Source of the DNA: Eledone cirrhosa
Taxonomy: Eukaryota
Reading direction: 5' to 3'
Length of the DNA: 64,000 nucleotides
Assembly: GCA_964016885.1 (NCBI GenBank)
Contig: OZ024741.1
Span: forward strand, 21,266,001-21,330,000
Shown: one piece after another, positions 39,601-53,830 of the stretch
Layout: each line of letters begins with the position of its first letter
Position numbering within the stretch: position 1 is the first letter of the stretch
Program-made: the position numbers and the translations under genes
Notes under the pieces: model-generated
Databases searched by the model: none
The model's input: the letters and a program-made list of their open reading frames with translations, nothing else
Told to the model about the DNA's origin: nothing

Positions 39601-42600
39601 TGGGAGCTCGTCAGAATGTGAGAAGATGAGATGGAAGGAACTTTGGTTGGTCATGGGAGCTAATCAGAATGTGAGAAGATGAGATGGAAGGAACTTTGGT
39701 TGGTCATGGGAGCTCGTCAGAATGTGAGAAGATGAGATGGAAGGAATTTTGGTTGGTCATGGGAGCTAATCAGAATGTGAGAAGATGAGATGGAAGGAAC
39801 TTTGGTTGGTCATGGGAGCTAGTCAGAATGTGAGAAGATGAGATGGAAGGAACTTTTGTTGGTCATGGGAGCCAGTCAGAATGTGAGAAGTTGAGATGGA
39901 AGGAACTTTTGTTGGTCATGGGAGCCAGTCAGAATGTGAGAAGTTGAGATGGAAGGAACTTTTGTTGGTCATGGGAGCTAATCAGAATGTGAGAAGTTGA
40001 GATGGAAGGAACTTTGGTTGGTCATGGGAGCTAATCAGAATGTGAGAAGTTGAGATGGAAGGAACTTTGGTTGGTCATGGGAGCTAATCAGAATGTGAGA
40101 AGATGAGATGTAAGGAACTTTGGTTGGTCATGGGAGCTAATTAGAATGTGGGAAGATGAGATGGAAGGAACTTTGGTTGGTCAGGGGAACTAATCAGAAT
40201 GTGAGAAGTTGAGATGGAAGGAACTTTTGTTGGTCATGGGAGCCAGTCAGAATGTGAGAAGATGAGATTGAAGGAACTTTGGTTGGTCATGGGAGCCAGT
40301 CAGAATGTGGGAAGATGAGATGGAAGGAACTTTGGTTGGTCATGGGAGCCAGTATGGATGTGAGAAGTTGAGATGGAAGGAACTGTTGTTGGTCATGGGA
40401 GCTAATCAGAATGTGAGAAGTTGAGATGGAAGGAACTTTGGTTGGTCATGGGAGCAAATCAGAATGTGAGAAGTTGAGATGGAAGGAACTTTTGTTGGTC
40501 ATGGGAGCTAATCAGAATGTGAGAAGTTGAGATGGAAGGAACTTTGGTTGGTCATGGGAGCTAATCAGCATGTGAAAAGTTGAGATGGAAGGAACTTTTG
40601 TTGGTCATGGGAGCTAATCAGAATGTGAGAAGATGAGATGGAAGGAACTTTGGTTGGTCATGGGAGCTAATCAGAATGTGAGAAGATGAGATGGAAGGAA
40701 CTTTGGTTGGTCATGGGAGCTAATCAGAATGTGAGAAGATGAGATGGAAGGAACTTTGGTTGGTCATGGGAGCTAATCAGAATGTGAGAAGTTGAGATGG
40801 AAGGAACTTTTGTTGGTCATGGGAGCCAGTCAGAATGTGAGAAGATGAGATGGAAAGAACTTTGGTTGGTCATGGGAGCCAGTCAGAATGTGAGAAGTTG
40901 AGATGGAAGGAACTTTGGTTGGTCATGGGAGCTAGTCAGAATGTGAGAAGTTGAGATGGAAGGAACTTTGGTTGGTCATGCGAGCTAGTCAGAATGTGAG
41001 AAGATGAGATGTAAGGAACTTTGGTTGGTCATGGGAGCCAGTCAGAATGTGAGAAGATGAGATGGAAGGAACTTTGGTTGGTCATGGGAGCTAGTCAGAA
41101 TGTGAGAAGATGAGATGGAAGGAACTTTGGATGGTCATGGGAGCTAATCAGAATGTGGGAAGATGAGATGGAAGGAACTTTGGTTGGTCATGGGAGCTAA
41201 TCAGAAGGTGAGAAGATGAGATGGAAGGAACTTTGGTTGGTCATGGGAGCTAGTCAGAATGTGAGAAGATGAGATGGAAGGAACTTTGGTTGGTCATGGG
41301 AGCCAGTCAGAATGTGAGAAGTTGAGATGGAAGGAACTTTGGTTGGTCATGGGAGCTAGTCAGAATGTGAGAAGTTGAGATGGAAGGAACTTTGGTTGGT
41401 CATGCGAGCTAGTCAGAATGTGAGAAGATGAGATGGAAGGAACTTTGGATGGTCATGGGAGCTAATCAGAATGTGAGAAGATGAGATGGAAGGAACTTTG
41501 GTTGGTCATGGGAGCTAGTCAGAATGTGAGAAGATGAGATGTAAGGAACTTTGGTTGGTCATGGGAGCCAGTCAGAATGTGAGAAGATGAGATGGAAGGA
41601 ACTTTTGTTGGTCATGGGAGCTAATCAGAATCTGAGAAGATGAGATGGAAGGAACTTTGGTTGGTCATGGGAGCTAATCAGAATGTGAGAAGTTGAGATG
41701 GAAGGAACATTTGTTGGTCATGGGAGCTAATCAGAATGTGAGAAGTTGAGATGGAAGGAACTTTTGTTGGTCATGGGAGCCAGTCAGAATGTGAGAAGAT
41801 GAGATGGAAGGAACTTTGGTAGGTCATGGGAGCAAGTCAGAATGTGAGAAGATGAGATGGAAGGAACTTCGGTTGGTCATGGGAGCCAGTCAGAAGGTGA
41901 GAAGATGAGATGGAAGGAACTTTTGTTGGTCATGGGAGCCAGTCAGAATGTGAGAAGTTGAGATGGAAGGAACTTTGGTTGGTCATGGGAGCCAGTCAGA
42001 ATGTGAAAAGTTGAGATGGAAGGAACTTTGGTTGGTCATGCGAGCTAATCAGAATGTGAGAAGTTGAGATGGAAGGAACTTTGGTTGGTCATGGGAGCCA
42101 GTCAGAATGTGAGAAGTTGAGATGGAAGGAACTTTGGTTGGTCATGGGAGCCAGTCAGAAGGTGAGAAGATGAGATGGAAGGAACTTTTGTTGGTCATGG
42201 GAGCCAGTCAGAATGTGAGAAGTTGAGATGGAAGGAACTTTTGTTGGTCATGGGAGCCAGTCAGAATGTGAGAAGTTGAGATGGGAGGAACTTTGGTTGG
42301 TCATGCGAGCTAATCAGAATGTGAGAAGTTGAGATGGAAGGAACTTTGGTTGGTCATGCGAGCTAATCAGAATGTGAGAAGTTGAGATGGAAGGAACTTT
42401 TGTTGGTCATGGGAGCCAGTCAGAATGTGAGAAGTTGAGATGGAAGGAACTTTGGTTGGTCATGCGAGCTAATCAGAATGTGAGAAGATGAGATGGAAGG
42501 AACTTTGGTTGGTCATGGGAGCCAGTCAGAAGGTGAGAAGATGAGATGGAAGGAACTTTTGTTGGTCATGGGAGCCAGTCAGAATGTGAGAAGTTGAGAT

Positions 42601-45600
42601 GGAAGGAACTTGTGTTGGTCATGGGAGCCAGTCAGAAGGTGAGAAGATGAGATGGAAGGAACTTTTGTTGGTCATGGGAGCCAGTCAGAATGTGAGAAGT
42701 TGAGATGGAAGGAACTTTGGTTGGTCATGCGAGCTAATCAGAATGTGAGAAGTTGAGATGGAAGGAACTTTGGTTGGTCATGCGAGCTAATCAGAATGTG
42801 AGAAGTTGAGATGGAAGGAACTTTGGTTGGTCATGGGAGCCAGTCAGAATGTGAGAAGATGAGATGGAAGGAACTTTTGTTGGTCATGGGAGCCAGTCAG
42901 AATGTGAGAAGATGAGATGGAAGGAACTTTGGTTGGTCATGGGAGCCAGTCAGAATGTGAGAAGTTGAGATGGAAGGAACTTTTGTTGGTCATGGGAGCT
43001 AGTCAGAAAGTGAGAAGATGAGATGTAAAGAACTTTGGTTGGTCATGGGAGCTAATCAGAATGTGAGAAGTTGAGATGGAAGGAACTTTGGTTGGTCATG
43101 CGAGCTAATCAGAATGTGAGAAGTTGAGATGGAAGGAACTTTGGTTGGTCATGGGAGCCAGTCAGAATGTGAGAAGATGAGATGGAAGGAACTTTGGTTG
43201 GTCATGGGAGCCAGTCAGAATGTGAGAAGTTGAGATGGAAGGAACTTTGGTTGGTCATGGGAGCCAGTCAGAATGTGAGAAGTTGAGATGGAAGGAACTT
43301 TTGTTGGTCATGGGAGCCAGTCAGAATGTGAGAAGATGAGATGGAAGGAACTTTTGTTGGTCATGCGAGCCAGTCAGAATGTGAGAAGTTGAGATGGAAG
43401 GAACTTGTGTTGGTCATGGGAGCCAGTCAGAAGGTGAGAAGATGAGATGGAAGGAACTTTTGTTGGTCATGGGAGCCAGTCAGAATGTGAGAAGATGAGA
43501 TGGAAGGAACTTTGGTTGGTCATGGGAGCTAGTCAGAATCTGAGAAGATGAGATGGAATGAACTTTGGTTGGTCATGGGAGCTAATCAGAATGTGAGAAG
43601 ATGAGATGGAAGGAACTTTGGTTGGTCATGGGAGCCAGTCAGAATGTGAGAAGATGAGATGGAAGGAACTTTGATTGGTCATGGGAGCCAGTCAGAATGT
43701 GAGAAGATGAGATGGAAGGAACTTTGGTTGGTCATGGGAGCTAGTCAGAATGTGAGAAGTTGAGATGGAAGGAACTTTGGTTGGTCATGGGAGCTAATCA
43801 GAATGTGAGAAGATGAGATGGAAGGAACTTTGGTTGGTCATGGGAGCCAGTCAGAATGTGAGAAGATGAGATGGAAGGAACTTTGGTTGGTCATGGGAGC
43901 TAGTCAGAATGTGAGAAGTTGAGATGGAAGGAACTTTGGTTGGTCATGGGAGCTAATCAGAATGTGAGAAGTTGAGATGGAAGGAACTTTGGTTGGTCAT
44001 GAGAGCTAATCAGAATGTGAGAAGTTGAGATGGAAGGAACTTTTGTTGGTCATGGGAGCTAATCAGAATGTGAGAAGTTGAGATGGAAGGAACTTTGGTT
44101 GGTCATGGGAGCTAATCAGAATGTGAGAAGTTGAGATGGAAGGAACTTTGGTTGGTCATGGGAGCTAATCAGAATGTGAGAAGATGAGATGTAAGGAACT
44201 TTTGTTGGTCATGGGAGCCAGTCAGAATGTGAGAAGTTGAGATGGAAGGAACTTTTGTTGGTCATGGGAGCTAATCAGAATGTGAGAAGTTGAGATGGAA
44301 GGAACTTTTGTTGGTCATGGGAGCCAGTCAGAATGTGAGAAGTTGAGATGGAAGGAACTTTTGTTGGTCATGGGAGCTAATCAGAATGTGAGAAGTTGAG
44401 ATGGAAGGAACTTTTGTTGGTCATGGGAGCCAGTCAGAATGTGAGAAATTGAGATGGAAGGAACTTTTGTTGGTCATGGGAGCTAATCAGAATGTGAGAA
44501 GTTGAGATGGAAGGAACTTTGGTTGGTCATGGGAGCTAATCAGAATGTGAGAAGATGAGATGGAAGGAACTTTGGTTGGTCATGGGAGCCAGTCAGAATC
44601 TGAGAAGATGAGATGGAAGGAACTTTGGTTGGTCATGGGAGCTAATCAGAATGTGAAAAGATGAGATGGAAGGAACTTTGGTTGGTCATGGGAGCCAGTC
44701 AGAATCTGAGAAGTTGAGATGGAAGGAACTTTGGTTGGTCATGGGAGCTAATCAGAATGTGAGAAGATGAGATGGAAGGAACTTTGGTTGGTCATGGGAG
44801 CTAATCAGAATGTGAGAAGATGAGATGGAAGGAACTTTGGTTGGTCATGGGAGCTAATCAGAATGTGAGAAGATGAGATGGAAGGAACTTTGGTTGGTCA
44901 TGGGAGCTAATCAGAATGTGAGAAGATGAGATGGAAGGAACTTTGGTTGCTCATGGGAGCCAGTCAGAATCTGAGAAGTTGAGATGGAAGAAACTTTGGT
45001 TGGTCATGGAAGCTAATCAGAATGTGAGAAGATGAGATGGAAGGAACTTTGGTTGGTCATGGGAGCTAATCAGAATGTGAGAAGATGAGATGGAAGGAAC
45101 TTTGGTTGGTCATGGGAGCTAATCAGAATGTGAGAAGATGAGATGGAAGGAACTTTGGTTGGTCATGGGAGCTAATCAGAATGTGAGAAGATGAGATGGA
45201 AGGAACTTTGGTTGGTCATGGGAGCTAGTCAGAATGTGGGAAGATGAGATGGAAGGAACTTTGGTTGGTCATGGGAGCTAGTCAGAATGTGAGAAGATGA
45301 GATGGAAGGAACTTTGGTTGGTCATGGGAGCTAATCAGAATGTGAGAAGATGAGATGGAAGGAACTTTGGTTGGTCATGGGAGCTAGTCAGAATGTGAGA
45401 AGATGAGATGGAAGGAACTTTGGTTGGTCATGGGAGCTAGTCAGAATGTGAGAAGATGAGACGGAAGGAACTTTGGTTGGTCATGGGAGCCAGTCAGAAC
45501 GTGAGAAGATGAGATGGAAGGAACTTTGGTTGGTCATGGGAGCTAATCAGAATGTGAGAAGATGAGATGGAAGGAACTTTGGTTGGTCATGGGAGCTAAT

Positions 45601-48600
45601 CAGAATGTGAGAAGTTGAGATGGAAGGAACTTTTGTTGGTCATGGGAGCTAATCAGAATGTGAGAAGATGAGATGGAAGGAACTTTGGTTGGTCATGGGA
45701 GCTCGTCAGAATGTGAGAAGATGAGATGGAAGGAACTTTGGTTGGTCATGGGAGCTAATCAGAATGTGAGAAGATGAGATGGAAGGAACTTTGGTTGGTC
45801 ATGGGAGCTCGTCAGAATGTGAGAAGATGAGATGGAAGGAATTTTGGTTGGTCATGGGAGCCAGTCAGAATGTGAGAAGTTGAGATGGAAGGAACTTTTG
45901 TTGGTCATGGGAGCCAGTCAGAATGTGAGAAGTTGAGATGGAAGGAACTTTTGTTGGTCATGGGAGCTAATCAGAATGTGAGAAGTTGAGATGGAAGGAA
46001 CTTTGGTTGGTCATGGGAGCTAATCAGAATGTGAGAAGTTGAGATGGAAGGAACTTTGGTTGGTCATGGGAGCTAATCAGAATGTGAGAAGATGAGATGT
46101 AAGGAACTTTGGTTGGTCATGGGAGCTAATCAGAATGTGGGAAGATGAGATGGAAGGAACTTTGGTTGGTCATGGGAGCAAATCAGAATGTGAGAAGTTG
46201 GGATGGAAGGAACTTTTGTTGGTCATGGGAGCCAGTCAGAATGTGAGAAGATGAGATTGAAGGAACTTTGGTTGGTCATGGGAGCCAGTCAGAATGTGGG
46301 AAGATGAGATGGAAGGAACTTTGGTTGGTCATGGGAGCCAGTCAGGATGTGAGAAGTTGAGATGGAAGGAACTTTTGTTGGTCATGGGAGCTAATCAGAA
46401 TGTGAGAAGTTGAGATGGAAGGAACTTTGGTTGGTCATGGGAGCTAATCAGAATGTGAGAAGTTGAGATGGAAGGAACTTTTGTTGGTCATGGGAGCTAA
46501 TCAGAATGTGAGAAGTTAAGATGGAAGGAACTTTGGTTGGTCATGGGAGCTAATCAGAATGTGAGAAGTTGAGATGGAAGGAACTTTTGTTGGTCATGGG
46601 AGCTAATCAGAATGTGAGAAGATGAGATGGAAGGAACTTTGGTTGGTCATGGGAGCTAATCAGAATGTGAGAAGATGAGATGGAAGGAACTTTGGTTGGT
46701 CATGGGAGCTAATCAGAATGTGAGAAGATGAGATGGAAGGAACTTTGGTTGGTCATGGGAGCTAATCAGAATGTGAGAAGTTGAGATGGAAGGAACTTTT
46801 GTTGGTCATGGGAGCCAGTCAGAATGTGAGAAGTTGAGATGGAAGGAACTTTTGTTGGTCATGGGAGCTAATCAGAATGTGAGAAGTTGAGATGGAAGGA
46901 ACTTTGGTTGGTCATGGGAGCTAATCAGAATGTGAGAAGTTGAGATGGAAGGAACTTTTGTTGGTCATGGGAGCTAATCAGAATGTGAGAAGATGAGATG
47001 GAAGGAACTTTGGTTGGTCATGGGAGCTAATCAGAATGTGAGAAGATGAGATGGAAGGAACTTTGGTTGGTCATGGGAGCTAGTCAGAATGTGAGAAGAT
47101 GAGATGGAAGGAACTTTGGTTGGTCATGGGAGCTAATCAGAATGTGAGAAGATGAGATGTAAGGAACTTTTGTTGGTCATGGGAGCCAGTCAGAATGTGA
47201 GAAGTTGAGATGGAAGGAACTTTTGTTGGTCATGGGAGCTAATCAGAATGTGAGAAGTTGAGATGGAAGGAACTTTGGTTGGTCATGGGAGCTAATCAGA
47301 ATGTGAGAAGTTGAGATGGAAGGAACTTTTGTTGGTCATGGGAGCTAATCAGAATATGAGAAGTTGAGATGGAAGGAACTTTGGTTGGTCATGGGAGCTA
47401 ATCAGAATGTGAGAAGTTGAGATGGAAGGAACTTTGGCTGGTCATGGGAGCTAATCAGAATGCGAGAAGATGAGATGTAAGGAACTTTTGTTGGTCATGG
47501 GAGCCAGTCAGAATGTGAGAAGTTGAGATGGAAGGAACTTTTGTTGGTCATGGGAGCTAATCAGAATGTGAGAAGTTGAGATGGAAGGAACTTTTGTTGG
47601 TCATGGGAGCCAGTCAGAATGTGAGAAGTTGAGATGGAAGGAACTTTTGTTGGTCATGGGAGCTAATCAGAATGTGAGAATTTGAGATGGAAGGAACTTT
47701 TGTTGGTCATGGGAGCCAGTCAGAATGTGAGAAGTTGAGATGGAAGGAACTTTGGTTGGTCATGGGAGCTAATCAGAATGTCAGAAGTTGAGATGGAAGG
47801 AACTTTGGTTGGTCATGGGAGCTAATCAGAATGTGAGAAGATGAGATGGAAGGAACTTTGGTTGGTCATGGGAGCTAGTCAGAATGTGAGAAGATGAGAT
47901 GGAAGGAACTTTGGTTGGTCATGGGAGCTAATCAGAATGTGAGAAGATGAGATGGAAGGAACTTTGGTTGGTCATGGGAGCTAGTCAGAATGTGAGAAGT
48001 TGAGATGGAAGGAACTTTGGTTGGTCATGGGAGCTAATCAGAATGTGAGAAGATGAGATGGAAGGAACTTTGGTTGGTCATGGGAGCTAGTCAGAATGTG
48101 AGAAGTTGAGATGGAAGGAACTTTGGTTGGTCATGGGAGCCAGTCAGAATGTGAGAAGATGAGATGGAAGGAACTTTGGTTGGTCATGGGAGCTAATCAG
48201 AATGTGAGAAGATGAGATGTAAGGAACTTTTGTTGGTCATGGGAGCCAGTCAGAATGTGAGAAGTTGAGATGGAAGGAACTTTTGTTGGTCATGGGAGCT
48301 AATCAGAATGTGAGAAGTTGAGATGGAAGGAACTTTTGTTGGTCATGGGAGCCAGTCAGAATGTGAGAAGTTGAGATGGAAGGAACTTTTGTTGGTCATG
48401 GGAGCTAATCAGAATGTGAGAAGTTGAGATGGAAGGAACTTTGGTTGGTCATGGGAGCTAATCAGAATGTGAGAAGTTGAGATGGAAGGAACTTTGGTTG
48501 GTCATGGGAGCTAATCAGAATGTGAGAAGATGAGATGTAAGGAACTTTGGTTGGTCATGGGAGCTAATCAGAATGTGGGAAGATGAGATGGAAGGAACTT

Positions 48601-51600
48601 TGGTTGGTCATGGCTGCTAATCAGAATGTGAGAAGTTGAGATGGAAGGAACTTTTGTTGGTCATGGGAGCCAGTCAGAATGTGAGAAGATGAGATTGAAG
48701 GAACTTTGGTTGGTCATGGGAGCCAGTCAGAATGTGGGAAGATGAGATGGAAGGAACTTTGGTTGGTCATGGGAGCCAGTCAGGATGTGAGAAGTTGAGA
48801 TGGAAGGAACTTTTGTTGGTCATGGGTGCTAATCAGAATGTGAGAAGTTGAGATGGAAGGAACTTTGGTTGGTCATGGGAGCTAATCAGAATGTGAGAAG
48901 TTGAGATGGAAGGAACTTTTGTTGGTCATGGGAGCTAATCAGAATGTGAGAAGATGAGATGGAAGGAACTTTGGTTGGTCATGGGAGCTAATCAGAATGT
49001 GAGAAGATGAGATGGAAGGAACTTTGGTTGGTCATGGGAGCTAGTCAGAATGTGAGAAGATGAGATGGAAGGAACTTTGGTTGGTCATGGGAGCTAATCA
49101 GAATGTGAGAAGATGAGATGGAAGGAACTTTGGTTGGTCATGGGAGCTAGTCAGAATGTGAGAAGTTGAGATGGAAGGAACTTTGGTTGGTCATGGGATC
49201 TAATCAGAATGTGAGAAGATGAGATGGAAGGAACTTTGGTTGGTCATGGGAGCCAGTCAGAATGTGAGAAGATGAGATGGAAGGAACTTTGGTTGGTCAT
49301 GGGAGCTAGTCAGAATGTGAGAAGATGAGATGGAAGGAACTTTGGTTGGTCATGGGAGCTAGTCAGAATGTGAGAAGATGAGATGGAAGGAACTTTGGTT
49401 GGTCATGGGAGCTAATCAGAATGTGAGAAGATGAGATGGAAGGAAATTTGGTTGGTCATGGGAGCTAGTCAGAATGTGAGAAGATGAGATGGAAGGAACT
49501 TTGGTTGGTCATGGGAGCTAGTCAGAATGTGAGAAGATGAGATGGAAGGAACTTTGGTTGGTCATGGGAGCCAGTCACAATGTGAGAAGATGAGATGGAA
49601 GGAACTTTGGTTGGTCATGGGAGCTAATCAGAATGTGAGAAGATGAGATGGAAGGAACTTTGGTTGGTCATGGGAGCTAATCAGAATGTGAGAAGTTGAG
49701 ATGGAAGGAACTTTGGTTGGTCATGGGAGCTAATCAGAATGTGAGAAGATGAGATGGAAGGAACTTTGGTTGGTCATGGGAGCTCGTCAGAATGTGAGAA
49801 GATGAGATGGAAGGAACTTTGGTTGGTCATGGGAGCTAATCAGAATGTGAGAAGATGAGATGGAAGGAACTTTGGTTGGTCATGGGAGCTCGTCAGAATG
49901 TGAGAAGATGAGATGGAAGGAATTTTGGTTGGTCATGGGAGCTAATCAGAATGTGAGAAGATGAGATGGAAGGAACTTTGGTTGGTCATGGGAGCTAGTC
50001 AGAATGTGAGAAGATGAGATGGAAGGAACTTTTGTTGGTCATGGGAGCCAGTCAGAATGTGAGAAGTTGAGATGGAAGGAACTTTTGTTGGTCATGGGAG
50101 CCAGTCAGAATGTGAGAAGTTGAGATGGAAGGAACTTTTGTTGGTCATGGGAGCTAATCAGAATGTGAGAAGTTGAGATGGAAGGAACTTTGGTTGGTCA
50201 TGGGAGCTAATCAGAATGTGAGAAGTTGAGATGGAAGGAACTTTGGTTGGTCATGGGAGCTAATCAGAATGTGAGAAGATGAGATGTAAGGAACTTTGGT
50301 TGGTCATGGGAGCTAATTAGAATGTGGGAAGATGAGATGGAAGGAACTTTGGTTGGTCAGGGGAACTAATCAGAATGTGAGAAGTTGAGATGGAAGGAAC
50401 TTTTGTTGGTCATGGGAGCCAGTCAGAATGTGAGAAGATGAGATTGAAGGAACTTTGGTTGGTCATGGGAGCCAGTCAGAATGTGGGAAGATGAGATGGA
50501 AGGAACTTTGGTTGGTCATGGGAGCCAGTATGGATGTGAGAAGTTGAGATGGAAGGAACTGTTGTTGGTCATGGGAGCTAATCAGAATGTGAGAAGTTGA
50601 GATGGAAGGAACTTTGGTTGGTCATGGGAGCAAATCAGAATGTGAGAAGTTGAGATGGAAGGAACTTTTGTTGGTCATGGGAGCTAATCAGAATGTGAGA
50701 AGTTGAGATGGAAGGAACTTTGGTTGGTCATGGGAGCTAATCAGCATGTGAAAAGTTGAGATGGAAGGAACTTTTGTTGGTCATGGGAGCTAATCAGAAT
50801 GTGAGAAGATGAGATGGAAGGAACTTTGGTTGGTCATGGGAGCTAATCAGAATGTGAGAAGATGAGATGGAAGGAACTTTGGTTGGTCATGGGAGCTAAT
50901 CAGAATGTGAGAAGATGAGATGGAAGGAACTTTGGTTGGTCATGGGAGCTAATCAGAATGTGAGAAGTTGAGATGGAAGGAACTTTTGTTGGTCATGGGA
51001 GCCAGTCAGAATGTGAGAAGATGAGATGGAAAGAACTTTGGTTGGTCATGGGAGCCAGTCAGAATGTGAGAAGTTGAGATGGAAGGAACTTTGGTTGGTC
51101 ATGGGAGCTAGTCAGAATGTGAGAAGTTGAGATGGAAGGAACTTTGGTTGGTCATGCGAGCTAGTCAGAATGTGAGAAGATGAGATGTAAGGAACTTTGG
51201 TTGGTCATGGGAGCCAGTCAGAATGTGAGAAGATGAGATGGAAGGAACTTTGGTTGGTCATGGGAGCTAGTCAGAATGTGAGAAGATGAGATGGAAGGAA
51301 CTTTGGATGGTCATGGGAGCTAATCAGAATGTGGGAAGATGAGATGGAAGGAACTTTGGTTGGTCATGGGAGCTAGTCAGAATGTGAGAAGATGAGATGG
51401 AAGGAACTTTGGTTGGTCATGGGAGCCAGTCAGAATGTGAGAAGTTGAGATGGAAGGAACTTTGGTTGGTCATGGGAGCTAGTCAGAATGTGAGAAGTTG
51501 AGATGGAAGGAACTTTGGTTGGTCATGCGAGCTAGTCAGAATGTGAGAAGATGAGATGGAAGGAACTTTGGATGGTCATGGGAGCTAATCAGAATGTGAG

Positions 51601-53830
51601 AAGATGAGATGGAAGGAACTTTGGTTGGTCATGGGAGCTAGTCAGAATGTGAGAAGATGAGATGTAAGGAACTTTGGTTGGTCATGGGAGCCAGTCAGAA
51701 TGTGAGAAGATGAGATGGAAGGAACTTTTGTTGGTCATGGGAGCTAATCAGAATCTGAGAAGATGAGATGGAAGGAACTTTGGTTGGTCATGGGAGCTAA
51801 TCAGAATGTGAGAAGTTGAGATGGAAGGAACATTTGTTGGTCATGGGAGCTAATCAGAATGTGAGAAGTTGAGATGGAAGGAACTTTTGTTGGTCATGGG
51901 AGCCAGTCAGAATGTGAGAAGATGAGATGGAAGGAACTTTGGTAGGTCATGGGAGCAAGTCAGAATGTGAGAAGATGAGATGGAAGGAACTTCGGTTGGT
52001 CATGGGAGCCAGTCAGAAGGTGAGAAGATGAGATGGAAGGAACTTTTGTTGGTCATGGGAGCCAGTCAGAATGTGAGAAGTTGAGATGGAAGGAACTTTG
52101 GTTGGTCATGGGAGCCAGTCAGAATGTGAAAAGTTGAGATGGAAGGAACTTTGGTTGGTCATGCGAGCTAATCAGAATGTGAGAAGTTGAGATGGAAGGA
52201 ACTTTGGTTGGTCATGGGAGCCAGTCAGAATGTGAGAAGTTGAGATGGAAGGAACTTTGGTTGGTCATGGGAGCCAGTCAGAAGGTGAGAAGATGAGATG
52301 GAAGGAACTTTTGTTGGTCATGGGAGCCAGTCAGAATGTGAGAAGTTGAGATGGAAGGAACTTTTGTTGGTCATGGGAGCCAGTCAGAATGTGAGAAGTT
52401 GAGATGGGAGGAACTTTGGTTGGTCATGCGAGCTAATCAGAATGTGAGAAGTTGAGATGGAAGGAACTTTGGTTGGTCATGCGAGCTAATCAGAATGTGA
52501 GAAGTTGAGATGGAAGGAACTTTTGTTGGTCATGGGAGCCAGTCAGAATGTGAGAAGTTGAGATGGAAGGAACTTTGGTTGGTCATGCGAGCTAATCAGA
52601 ATGTGAGAAGATGAGATGGAAGGAACTTTGGTTGGTCATGGGAGCCAGTCAGAAGGTGAGAAGATGAGATGGAAGGAACTTTTGTTGGTCATGGGAGCCA
52701 GTCAGAATGTGAGAAGTTGAGATGGAAGGAACTTGTGTTGGTCATGGGAGCCAGTCAGAAGGTGAGAAGATGAGATGGAAGGAACTTTTGTTGGTCATGG
52801 GAGCCAGTCAGAATGTGAGAAGTTGAGATGGAAGGAACTTTGGTTGGTCATGCGAGCTAATCAGAATGTGAGAAGTTGAGATGGAAGGAACTTTGGTTGG
52901 TCATGCGAGCTAATCAGAATGTGAGAAGTTGAGATGGAAGGAACTTTGGTTGGTCATGGGAGCCAGTCAGAATGTGAGAAGATGAGATGGAAGGAACTTT
53001 TGTTGGTCATGGGAGCCAGTCAGAATGTGAGAAGATGAGATGGAAGGAACTTTGGTTGGTCATGGGAGCCAGTCAGAATGTGAGAAGTTGAGATGGAAGG
53101 AACTTTTGTTGGTCATGGGAGCTAGTCAGAAAGTGAGAAGATGAGATGTAAAGAACTTTGGTTGGTCATGGGAGCTAATCAGAATGTGAGAAGTTGAGAT
53201 GGAAGGAACTTTGGTTGGTCATGCGAGCTAATCAGAATGTGAGAAGTTGAGATGGAAGGAACTTTGGTTGGTCATGGGAGCCAGTCAGAATGTGAGAAGA
53301 TGAGATGGAAGGAACTTTGGTTGGTCATGGGAGCCAGTCAGAATGTGAGAAGTTGAGATGGAAGGAACTTTGGTTGGTCATGGGAGCCAGTCAGAATGTG
53401 AGAAGTTGAGATGGAAGGAACTTTTGTTGGTCATAGGAGCCAGTCAGAATGTGAGAAGATGAGATGGAAGGAACTTTTGTTGGTCATGCGAGCCAGTCAG
53501 AATGTGAGAAGTTGAGATGGAAGGAACTTGTGTTGGTCATGGGAGCCAGTCAGAAGGTGAGAAGATGAGATGGAAGGAACTTTTGTTGGTCATGGGAGCC
53601 AGTCAGAATGTGAGAAGATGAGATGGAAGGAACTTTGGTTGGTCATGGGAGCTAGTCAGAATCTGAGAAGATGAGATGGAATGAACTTTGGTTGGTCATG
53701 GGAGCTAATCAGAATGTGAGAAGATGAGATGGAAGGAACTTTGGTTGGTCATGGGAGCCAGTCAGAATGTGAGAAGATGAGATGGAAGGAACTTTGATTG
53801 GTCATGGGAGCCAGTCAGAATGTGAGAAGA
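33530..53830 (+). repeat. 192/191-monomer (10176/10123 bp) tandem duplication with junction near 43705
   Basis: Offset 10176: ATGAGAGC 33826/44002, GAGACGG 35286/45462, GGCTG 38438/48614, GTATGG 40352/50528. Offset 10123: GAACAT 41709/51832, TTGATTGG 43674/53797. Confidence 0.92.
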
